A stretch of 11,960 nt of DNA from Gemmatimonadota bacterium (GTDB taxonomy: Bacteria; Gemmatimonadota; Gemmatimonadetes; Gemmatimonadales; GWC2-71-9): the NCBI GenBank assembly GCA_039586365.1, contig JBDHKN010000113.1, positions 1 to 11,960 of the forward strand, in the 5' to 3' direction. A program made the translations under genes and the position numbers. Numbering within the stretch: position 1 is the first letter of the stretch; every line of letters begins with the position of its first letter. Positions 1-6,406 of the stretch are shown piece by piece. The notes under the pieces are model-generated. The model saw only the letters and a list, made by a program, of their open reading frames with translations. It searched no databases and had not been told where the DNA came from.

Positions 1-15
1 CAGGGAGCAGGGAGC
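1..15 (-). repeat. Heptamer tandem repeat (CAGGGAG x2 on +), probably truncated by the window edge
   Basis: Seen: CAGGGAG CAGGGAG C. Positions 3-15 (GGGAGCAGGGAGC) are the exact reverse complement of 349-361. Confidence 0.6.
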
Positions 16-233
16 CGTTGGGACATGTTGCCAAACGCCCTTTGCTGGTGCGCACGATCTGAAGATAACCGAGGGGAGTTCATAGCGGCTCCAGCCGTGC
101 CGGACGCTCTGGCTGCGTGCTGGGGAGTGATCAGAGACACGGAAATGGTGTGCTGTGATCCCTATTCTGATTCGCTCGATGTTCGCTGCTCACCACTCAC
201 TCAGGATTACCTATCTGACTGATTGGCAAAGAC

Positions 234-262
234 TTGACAGGTTTGCCCAGTGTTCCCATCGT
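234..262 (+). promoter_or_regulatory. Putative sigma70-type promoter of the four-gene operon
   Basis: Seen: a perfect TTGACA (234-239), a 17-nt spacer, then CATCGT (257-262; 3/6 match to TATAAT, keeping A2, T3 and T6). It lies about 150 nt upstream of the ATG at 414. A GGCAAA(225-230)/TTTGCC(242-247) inverted repeat brackets the -35. Confidence 0.5.
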
Positions 263-348
263 GCACGGCAAATTACGGATAGCATTCCGAGGTACTATGC
301 GCCTCCTACATTGCGTCATCGGTGAGGTCCAGATTGGCCTCGCTCGCC

Positions 349-383
349 GCTCCCTGCTCCCCGCTCTCGGCTCCCAGCTCTCA
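349..383 (+). repeat. Five tandem degenerate heptamers (GCTCYCN)
   Basis: Seen: GCTCCCT GCTCCCC GCTCTCG GCTCCCA GCTCTCA, ending 16 nt before the putative RBS of the lipoprotein gene. Confidence 0.8.
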
Positions 384-413
384 GCGACCGGGCCTAGTCG
401 GAGAGCCCACCAT

Positions 414-2057
414 ATGCGCTCTGCGGGGAAAGTACTAGCGGTTTCCATCGTTGTTCTCGTAGCAGCATGCGAGTTTCCGACGGATCGCTCCGATGAGGTG
501 ACTGTGCAGCTGGATGCGATCCCCCAGCTGATCGTCGACGATACGGTGTGGCTCAGCGCTCGGGTGATGGTGGGGGACGACAGCGTGCCTGATGCGGAGA
601 TCCGCTTCTCTGCTGACGGTGAGTCGGTATTAAATGTCAGTCCGGAAGGACGGCTGCTCGCGGTGGGGGCTGGTGAAACCACCGTGAGAGCAACTGCAGC
701 TGCTTTCGCGCGGGCGGACACCGGGGTGCGGGATGTGAAGGTCAGGGATGTGTACGAACTCGACAGTATCGGTCCGCCCAGCGTGCGGTTCGGAGAGACC
801 GTGCAACTCTATGGAGTTGGCCTCACGCAGACGATCGCTGTCACTTTGGGAGGGGCTGATGCCATTGCTGAATCGTACGTTGCGGAGAATCCCTCCCAAC
901 CCAACCGGTTCGGCGTACTGTCATTGTGGGCCACTCCACCGGCGCCCAATAGTTCCCGAGCCGTGCTGCTCGGATTCGAGGGCATCCTTCAGAGTGACCC
1001 GATAACGGTAATCCAGCGGGACCTCTACGAACCCAACGACTCAACTCCCAGATCTCTCGGCGCAGTTGCGACCCGCCTACGGAATCCGGCGCTGGCCTTC
1101 GAGCGGGTGCGGCGCGGTGAGGGACAGCTCCCGGTGGACTGGTATACTTTCACGACTACCGGAACCGACGACTGGACAATTTCTGCCTGGTCGCCGGCTG
1201 GCGGTGCCCGATTTAGAGTCTACGTCACGAACTCGCTCTTCTGGTCTCCCACCTTGTTTGCAGACGAGGGGGTTGGAGTGTATGCCCTAGCCCCGGACGG
1301 TTGGGGAGTAGGAACCAGCTTCCGGCCCTGCGACGGGTTGGGCCTGTACTTCCCCAACGAGGGCGGACATGCCTTCACCTTTGAGGTGCCACCGGATTCG
1401 GCCGTGATACCCCTTGGTGCACTGCCGGCCGGGACCTACAACGTCTTCGTAACGTTCGGAGAGGGAGGTCCGTTCTTCGATACGACCACGAAGCTGTCGG
1501 GACTCGCAGTATTCGTCGACAGTCTCAACCTCGCAATACCGCTGCGGAGCGGACTGGAGATCAGGCGCGGCTATCATTCGATCCTGGATCCCGATCAGTT
1601 CGAGGAGAATGACTATTGCAGTGTGGCCCGCGACATCGCGGTGCCCGGAACGCTCAGTGGACTCACCATCGACAGCCCACACGACGCAGACTGGTACAGG
1701 TTCACCGTTGGGCAGGACGGGCAGCGCGTGCAGTTCAGGCTGGAGGCGGCCGAGGATTTCGCTGACCTGGACACCTATGTGGTGCGCGACTTGAGGCCGG
1801 ATTCGCTGGTGGTGGTGGATTTTGGAGTAGGGGCTGATGTCACGAACGAAACCGGCGGAGTAGCGCTGGAAGCAGGGGATTATTTCCTCATCGTGGTAGA
1901 CTTTCTGGGCGTCCCGACTGAGTACACCCTAAGTAGTGAGATCTTGGCTGCAGTCCCCGCGCTCGACTTCGAGGCCGCCAGGGCTTCACTCGCTGGGAAG
2001 CGAAAGGCAGCCCAGGTCCACAACCTGCTACTCCAACCTCGGGCCCTGCGGCGCTAG
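414..2057 (+). CDS. Lipoprotein with Ig-like (Big_2-like), IPT/TIG-like and two PPC-like (pre-peptidase C-terminal) domains, 547 aa
   Basis: Start moved from TTG 234 to ATG 414 because GGAGAG sits at 400-405 and is followed by a lipoprotein signal, MRSAGKVLAVSIVVLVAA-C19 (lipobox VAAC). The Big_2-like segment reads 'IRFSADGESVLNVSPEGRLLAVGAGETTVRATA'. The IPT-like segment reads 'LDSIGPPSVRFGETVQLYGVGL'. Two repeats follow the pattern D-x-[YF]-E-x-N-D...DWY-x-F...L-x-AG-x-Y, typical of PPC domains. Domain calls are by motif recognition, not HMM search. Confidence 0.8.
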   Translation: MRSAGKVLAVSIVVLVAACEFPTDRSDEVTVQLDAIPQLIVDDTVWLSARVMVGDDSVPDAEIRFSADGESVLNVSPEGRLLAVGAGETTVRATAAAFARADTGVRDVKVRDVYELDSIGPPSVRFGETVQLYGVGLTQTIAVTLGGADAIAESYVAENPSQPNRFGVLSLWATPPAPNSSRAVLLGFEGILQSDPITVIQRDLYEPNDSTPRSLGAVATRLRNPALAFERVRRGEGQLPVDWYTFTTTGTDDWTISAWSPAGGARFRVYVTNSLFWSPTLFADEGVGVYALAPDGWGVGTSFRPCDGLGLYFPNEGGHAFTFEVPPDSAVIPLGALPAGTYNVFVTFGEGGPFFDTTTKLSGLAVFVDSLNLAIPLRSGLEIRRGYHSILDPDQFEENDYCSVARDIAVPGTLSGLTIDSPHDADWYRFTVGQDGQRVQFRLEAAEDFADLDTYVVRDLRPDSLVVVDFGVGADVTNETGGVALEAGDYFLIVVDFLGVPTEYTLSSEILAAVPALDFEAARASLAGKRKAAQVHNLLLQPRALRR

Positions 2058-2060
2058 CCA

Positions 2061-3689
2061 ATGATCTGCCCCAACTGTAATACGCCCATACCCGAGAACA
2101 GCCGCTACTGCCTGGAGTGTGGGGTAGACACATCGGATCCCGGAACCGGGCCGCGGCCGGATTTCAAGGTTGTCTCGGATCAGTTGTTCGAACAGTTGCG
2201 GGCTGCTGTAGTCGAGCGCTACGACCTGGCGGAGTTGCTTGGGCGCGGGGGAATGGGTGCGGTCTTCCTGGCCACAGATCGCAAGCTGGAGCGCCCGGTC
2301 GCGCTCAAGGTTCTCCCACCCGAGCTGTCGCACGACGCGAAGGTAGTGGAGCGCTTCGAGCGTGAAGCACGGACCGCCGCGAAACTGGATCATCCCAACA
2401 TCATTCCCATATACTCGGTCGAGAGCCACGGTGATTTTCACTACTTTGTCATGAAGTTCGTCACCGGCAAGAGTCTCGAGGACATACTCGGGGCAGGCCG
2501 GCTGCCGATCGATCTGACGCAGCGCATCCTCTGGGAAGCGGCGTGCGCTCTGGGGCACGCTCACCGGCGCGGCATCGTCCATCGCGACATCAAACCCGCC
2601 AACATCATGGTAGATGACCGCGGGAGCACCGTACTCACCGACTTCGGGATCTCGAAAGCCGTCCAGTCTGCCACGCATGAGCTGACCGCCACAGGTCAGG
2701 TGGTTGGCACACCCCACTACATGAGCCCCGAGCAGAGTAAAGGAGTGGATGTGGGTGGTGCGAGTGATCAGTATTCGCTCGCGGTTGTTGGTTTCCGCAT
2801 GCTCACCGGCAAGCTGCCCTTTGAGGAAGATTCGATCCACGCCGTCCTGTACAAGAAGCTGTTCGAGCATCCACCTTGGATCAAAGACCTGCGTGAAGAC
2901 CTCCCGGACCATCTGGCTGAAGCCCTGCACAAAGCGCTGGCTCGGGAACCGCAAGACCGCTATTCCTCGATGGAGGCGTTCGCTACCGCCGTCTGGCCCG
3001 AGCGTCCCGTAGAGGAGCCGAGCCAGCGACGTGAGTCGCTCGGGCGACCCAGCCGCGCGGACAGTGAAGCGAAGACCACGCAGATCGAAACGAAGGTCAG
3101 CACCAAGGCCGCCAAGCAGGCTGGGCGCGGCCGCCGCTTCGCGGCGCTGTCGGCAACCCTGGTTGTTCTCTCAGTGGGATCGTTGGCTGCTTGGTATCTG
3201 CTGGGAGGCGGGATACGGCCAGATGGTGGTTCGGTGCTGACTGCCGCTGCCGTGCCCACGGTGTCACAGCCGGACTCGGTGGTGGCTGCTCCTATCGTGG
3301 CCGAGTCGTCGTCAGTTGACAGCACAGAAGTCCTCGCTCAAAGCCGGCAACGGCCACCGGATGAGCAACCCGAGACCACGGTGACCAGAGCCACCCCGCC
3401 GTCCGTGGAAACGCAGCAGAGCGTCCGCGCCCAGCCACGCACCGTCCCGACACGGCAGCAACCAGCGGTACCCACCGTGGGATATGTTCGCGTGGACGCT
3501 CAGCCGTTCGCCACCGTGTGGATCGATGGTGTGGAGATCCAGGACACGCCCCTGCCGCGCCACGAGCTGCCGCCGGGCCAACACATCGTTGAGTTGCGAA
3601 GGGAGGGCTACCAGACTGTGGTGGACACTATCTTGGTCACCGCGGGAAACACGCTTCGCAAACGCTATCCACTCGTTCGGAAACCGTAA
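2061..3689 (+). CDS. Hanks-type Ser/Thr protein kinase with N-terminal zinc ribbon, one TM helix and C-terminal PEGA domain
   Basis: The zinc ribbon is CPNC-x10-CLEC. Kinase motifs are GRGGMGAVF, VALKVL, HRDIKPANIM, DFG, GTPHYMSPEQ and SDQYSL. Basic residues precede the TM FAALSATLVVLSVGSLAAWYLL (from 3138), which is followed by a P/S/T/Q-rich linker. The PEGA domain reads 'GYVRVDAQPFATVWIDG...TP...LPPGQHIVELRREGY' (from 3480). Confidence 0.95.
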   Translation: MICPNCNTPIPENSRYCLECGVDTSDPGTGPRPDFKVVSDQLFEQLRAAVVERYDLAELLGRGGMGAVFLATDRKLERPVALKVLPPELSHDAKVVERFEREARTAAKLDHPNIIPIYSVESHGDFHYFVMKFVTGKSLEDILGAGRLPIDLTQRILWEAACALGHAHRRGIVHRDIKPANIMVDDRGSTVLTDFGISKAVQSATHELTATGQVVGTPHYMSPEQSKGVDVGGASDQYSLAVVGFRMLTGKLPFEEDSIHAVLYKKLFEHPPWIKDLREDLPDHLAEALHKALAREPQDRYSSMEAFATAVWPERPVEEPSQRRESLGRPSRADSEAKTTQIETKVSTKAAKQAGRGRRFAALSATLVVLSVGSLAAWYLLGGGIRPDGGSVLTAAAVPTVSQPDSVVAAPIVAESSSVDSTEVLAQSRQRPPDEQPETTVTRATPPSVETQQSVRAQPRTVPTRQQPAVPTVGYVRVDAQPFATVWIDGVEIQDTPLPRHELPPGQHIVELRREGYQTVVDTILVTAGNTLRKRYPLVRKP

Positions 3690-4714
3690 TGAAGCGGCAT
3701 ACTGTACTGATCGTCGCGGTGCTGACGCTGGGGCCCGTCCAGCTCCTGGAGGGCCAGGACAATGCGGCACTGCGACAGGCGCGACAGGCCTACGACGCCC
3801 TCGATTTCGAGGATGCCATCACCGCTGCACAGCAGGCTCTCCGGCAAGGGGAGCTGAGCCGTAACGATCGCATTGTCGCCCACGAGTTGCTCGGATTCGC
3901 CTACGGGGCACTGGATTCGGCCCGGCAGGCGGTGGACCACTTTCGCGAACTCATTTTCCTCGACCCGGATCGGGAACCGGACGTCAACATGGTGTCGCCG
4001 CGAATCACGGCCCTTTACGCATCCGCGCTGGGTCAAGTCTTGGTGGTGCGGCAACTGCGGGTGGACAGTGCATCGTTCGTGGCCAATCAGGGTGGCGTGG
4101 ACATTCGGTTTCAGCTGTCCCGCCCCGCTCGGGCGATCGCCCGAGTCGTGGGGCCGGATTACGATGTGGTCATCGATTCACAACTGGTGGCAGGCAGCGG
4201 CAGGTTCACGTGGGGCGCTGTTTCACCTGATGGCAATCCAGCGTCACCAGGGGCTTACCAGGTGATCGTGACTGCGGTGGAGGCAGGAAACGAGTTCGCA
4301 GCGCCTATCGATGTGAGCGTTCTTCATGCGCCGGTCGACACACTGGACCATCTCACCAGCTTAGCTGGGTACAGCGAGCTACCTGAGACTGAACGGCCAC
4401 CACGCAACTGGAGGCCACTCGGAGTGGCTGTCCTGTATGCTGGGCTCAGTGCCGGTGCTGCGGTGGCGCTCGAGCACAGCGACCTGGGGGAATCGAAGCG
4501 AGAAGTACTCAGTGTCGGAGCCCTGGGGCTGCTCACCGGCTTCATCATGAGCGTGAAGCGTCCCGACCCCCAGCCTGTCCCCGCCAACATCCGGTACAAC
4601 CAGCTGCTCCGGGAGAATCTGGCGCGGCAGAATGACCAAATCGCAGCGGAGAACGCCACACGGCGCCGTCAGGTCATGCTCACCATATTCCCGCATGCGG
4701 GGGGTGACGGGTGA
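3689..4714 (+). CDS. Exported TPR-like protein with FlgD-Ig-like domain and C-terminal hydrophobic helical hairpin
   Basis: TAATG overlap with the kinase stop codon. Signal peptide MKRHTVLIVAVLTLGPVQLLEG. TPR-like helices read 'AHELLGFAYGALDSARQAVDHFRELIFLDPD'. The FlgD-Ig-like segment reads 'IRFQLSRPA...RFTWGAVSPDGNPASPGAYQVIVTA'. Two Gly/Ala-rich hydrophobic segments (4409-4555) are followed by an N/Q/R-rich helix. Confidence 0.8.
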   Translation: MKRHTVLIVAVLTLGPVQLLEGQDNAALRQARQAYDALDFEDAITAAQQALRQGELSRNDRIVAHELLGFAYGALDSARQAVDHFRELIFLDPDREPDVNMVSPRITALYASALGQVLVVRQLRVDSASFVANQGGVDIRFQLSRPARAIARVVGPDYDVVIDSQLVAGSGRFTWGAVSPDGNPASPGAYQVIVTAVEAGNEFAAPIDVSVLHAPVDTLDHLTSLAGYSELPETERPPRNWRPLGVAVLYAGLSAGAAVALEHSDLGESKREVLSVGALGLLTGFIMSVKRPDPQPVPANIRYNQLLRENLARQNDQIAAENATRRRQVMLTIFPHAGGDG

Positions 4715-5346
4715 TAACCTCACGAATCGCGCTGGCGTTGCTGACGCTCTTTGCGTCGAGTACCACCGCCCTCTGGAGTCAAACAGTGCGCGTAGGGGTA
4801 CACAGCGTTGCCATGACGCACAACGAAGTGAACGAGAGCCGGACCGCCGAGGGTGTAGGTGGGGCGGCCTCGCTTATGTTGCGGTGGCGCCGGTTGGGTC
4901 TGGAAGCCGTCGGACTTCGGGCCAGGATGAAGCCGGACAGTGCCGACCTTAGGGAGTTCGATGTGCTCCAGTGGGATGTGAGGTTCAGCTTCTGGGTCGC
5001 GCCAGTAGTAGCAATTGAGATCGGCGGAGGAGCCCGCACTATTGACCCGGAGTTCGCAGCACCCGACGTGGGGGCGATTCGCATCGGATTCGTGTCGGAG
5101 TATCCCATGGCTCGCATCGCCAGTGTCAGGGCGCGTGGTGCATACCTCGTGAACCCCAGATTCAACGGCGGTGGCGAGGCCGGTCTCGCCGTGGAATTGG
5201 GCCTGGGCGTGGCCGTGGGGACTGCGAATGGGCGGTTCCGAGTGAAGGCCGAGTCCCAATTCCAGCGGATCGACCGGGAGGTGAACTCGGTCGAGGTCCC
5301 CATTCAGGTCACTCTTGCCACTTTAGGGGTGGAACTCGGGTTCTGA
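4711..5346 (+). CDS. Small outer-membrane beta-barrel protein (about 8 strands)
   Basis: GTGA overlap with the upstream stop codon. Signal peptide MITSRIALALLTLFASSTTALWS. Alternating amphipathic strands include WDVRFSFW, IRIGFVSEY, VELGLGVAV and FRVKAESQF. The C-terminus LATLGVELGF ends in Phe, a BAM beta-signal type ending. Confidence 0.8.
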   Translation: MITSRIALALLTLFASSTTALWSQTVRVGVHSVAMTHNEVNESRTAEGVGGAASLMLRWRRLGLEAVGLRARMKPDSADLREFDVLQWDVRFSFWVAPVVAIEIGGGARTIDPEFAAPDVGAIRIGFVSEYPMARIASVRARGAYLVNPRFNGGGEAGLAVELGLGVAVGTANGRFRVKAESQFQRIDREVNSVEVPIQVTLATLGVELGF

Positions 5347-5413
5347 CCGCAACTCACCAGCTCGGCTACACCGCCTGGCTACCCGCCTTCCTGTTCTCAG
5401 AATCGTCGGTCCA

Positions 5414-5442
5414 GCAACGTTTTTGTCGTTCCGTGCGTCTAA
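5414..5442 (+). promoter_or_regulatory. Putative ECF-sigma promoter for the DUF4097 gene
   Basis: Seen: GCAAC (5414-5418), a 17-nt spacer with a T-tract, then CGTCTAA (5436-5442). AAC at -35 and CGT at -10 is the established motif of many ECF sigma promoters. RBS GGAG at 5464-5467. Confidence 0.55.
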
Positions 5443-5476
5443 CAGGGGTGTAAGGATCTAATCGGAGCGATTTGAC

Positions 5477-6292
5477 ATGAGTGTTCGATTCTACGCGCTA
5501 CCGCTTGCGCTGACGGCTGTCGGAGTAGGGTGGTTCGGAATGCCCAAGGGGAATGCGCCGGATTTGCGGGTCCAAGACGACTGGTGCCGGGATCACTCGG
5601 ACCGAGGTCGGGGATGGTACTGTGAAGTACGCGAGTTCGATCTGTCCGCCGGAGCAATCGACCGGGTCGACGCGGGTCCAAACGGCGGAATACGGGTGAC
5701 GGGTTGGGACCGCAATGAGATCTCGGTGGCGGTGAAGGTCGAAGGCTATGCCCGGACCGATGAGGTCGCCCGAGATCTCGTGTCTGAGGTGGAGATCGAA
5801 ACCTCAGGGCCCACGCTAAGAGCCCTGGGACCCAGGACAGAGCGGCGCGAATCCTGGTCTGTCAGCTATCGGCTCTCGGTACCCCGCGAGTGCGACCTGT
5901 CACTCAGCACCACGAACGGTGGAATCTCCATAGAAGAGGTTGTCGGAGACTTGGAGTTCCGCGCCACGAACGGTGGTGTGACGTTGAGGGGGGTGGGTGG
6001 TGACGTGCGGGGGCAAACCACAAACGGCGGCCTCAGGGTCGAGCTTGCAGGTGCCGAGTGGGTTGGACGAGGCTTGGATGCTCGGACCACAAATGGGGGA
6101 GTGAGGCTCGTGATCCCCGACGGCTACAACGCTGTGCTCGAGTCAGGCACCACGAACGGGCGCATGACGATTGATTTTCCCATTACGGTGAGTGGGAGGA
6201 TCGACCGGCGCATTCACACCGAGCTGGGTCAAGGCGGCGCCCTGGTGAAGGCGATTACCACCAACGGAGGGGTCACAATCAGCAGGCGCTGA
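5477..6292 (+). CDS. DUF4097-family beta-strand-repeat (toast-rack, putative adhesin) exported protein
   Basis: N-terminal hydrophobic signal or anchor. Seven repeats of an xxNG[GR]-[IVLM]-x-[IVL] motif: GPNGGIRV, TTNGGISI, ATNGGVTL, TTNGGLRV, TTNGGVRL, TTNGRMTI, TTNGGVTI. Also 'IRVTGWDRNEISV' and 'VSYRLSVPR', typical of the family. Confidence 0.9.
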   Translation: MSVRFYALPLALTAVGVGWFGMPKGNAPDLRVQDDWCRDHSDRGRGWYCEVREFDLSAGAIDRVDAGPNGGIRVTGWDRNEISVAVKVEGYARTDEVARDLVSEVEIETSGPTLRALGPRTERRESWSVSYRLSVPRECDLSLSTTNGGISIEEVVGDLEFRATNGGVTLRGVGGDVRGQTTNGGLRVELAGAEWVGRGLDARTTNGGVRLVIPDGYNAVLESGTTNGRMTIDFPITVSGRIDRRIHTELGQGGALVKAITTNGGVTISRR

Positions 6293-6309
6293 GCCGCGCC
6301 GCAGTTGTT

Positions 6310-6366
6310 GCGGTCGAGGGTGGCAATCCGTCCACGATGTTACCATCCTCAGCCATCCTCGACCGC
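6310..6366. terminator. Stem-loop between the convergent DUF4097 and TPR genes
   Basis: GCGGTCGAGGGTGGC (6310-6324) pairs with GCCATCCTCGACCGC (6352-6366), 14/15 Watson-Crick plus one G-U on the + RNA. The loop is 27 nt and only a short GTTT follows, so it is an atypical intrinsic terminator. Confidence 0.5.
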
Positions 6367-6378
6367 GTTTCCCTCACC

Positions 6379-6406
6379 GCTACCTGCTACCTGCTACCTG
6401 CTCCCC
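6379..6406 (+). repeat. Heptamer tandem repeat GCTACCT x3 + GCTCCCC overlapping the TPR gene stop codon
   Basis: Seen directly. The TAG stop of the TPR gene (CTA at 6394-6396 on +) lies within the third unit. Confidence 0.85.

Noticed and set aside
1..83. Possible divergent gene start on the minus strand (GGAG then ATG at 83; MNSPRLSSDRAHQQRAFGNMSQRLPAP...) running off the edge
   Set aside because: Only 27 codons are visible and they run into the heptamer repeat. It cannot be supported without flanking sequence.
25..222. 65-aa Cys-rich ORF between the inverted heptamer arrays
   Set aside because: It has no recognisable motif and no clear four-helix-bundle similarity in the frames I translated. 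It is probably non-coding.
223..238. Sigma54-like TTGGCA...TTG motif
   Set aside because: The spacing is one base short of GG-N10-GC and the -12 GC is absent.
234..413. 60-codon N-terminal extension of the first ORF from TTG 234
   Set aside because: That TTG is part of the TTGACA box and the extension crosses the heptamer array. The RBS and lipoprotein signal fit ATG 414.
2028..2954. 308-aa antisense ORF over the kinase domain
   Set aside because: It is a typical shadow ORF opposite a GC-rich kinase gene. The + strand has all the kinase motifs.
5364..5388. Short tandem duplication GGCTACACCGCCT / GGCTACCCGCCT after the barrel gene
   Set aside because: There are only two imperfect copies. 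The GCTAC core resembles the heptamer family, but the period is not 7 and no function can be supported.
5472..5477. Perfect TTGACA overlapping the DUF4097 start codon
   Set aside because: There is no -10 at the proper distance, and the position would give an intragenic transcript.
5905..6275. Recurring ACxAAyGG DNA repeats, superficially array-like
   Set aside because: They are explained by the TNGG protein repeats of DUF4097. They are short, degenerate at third codon positions, and not CRISPR.
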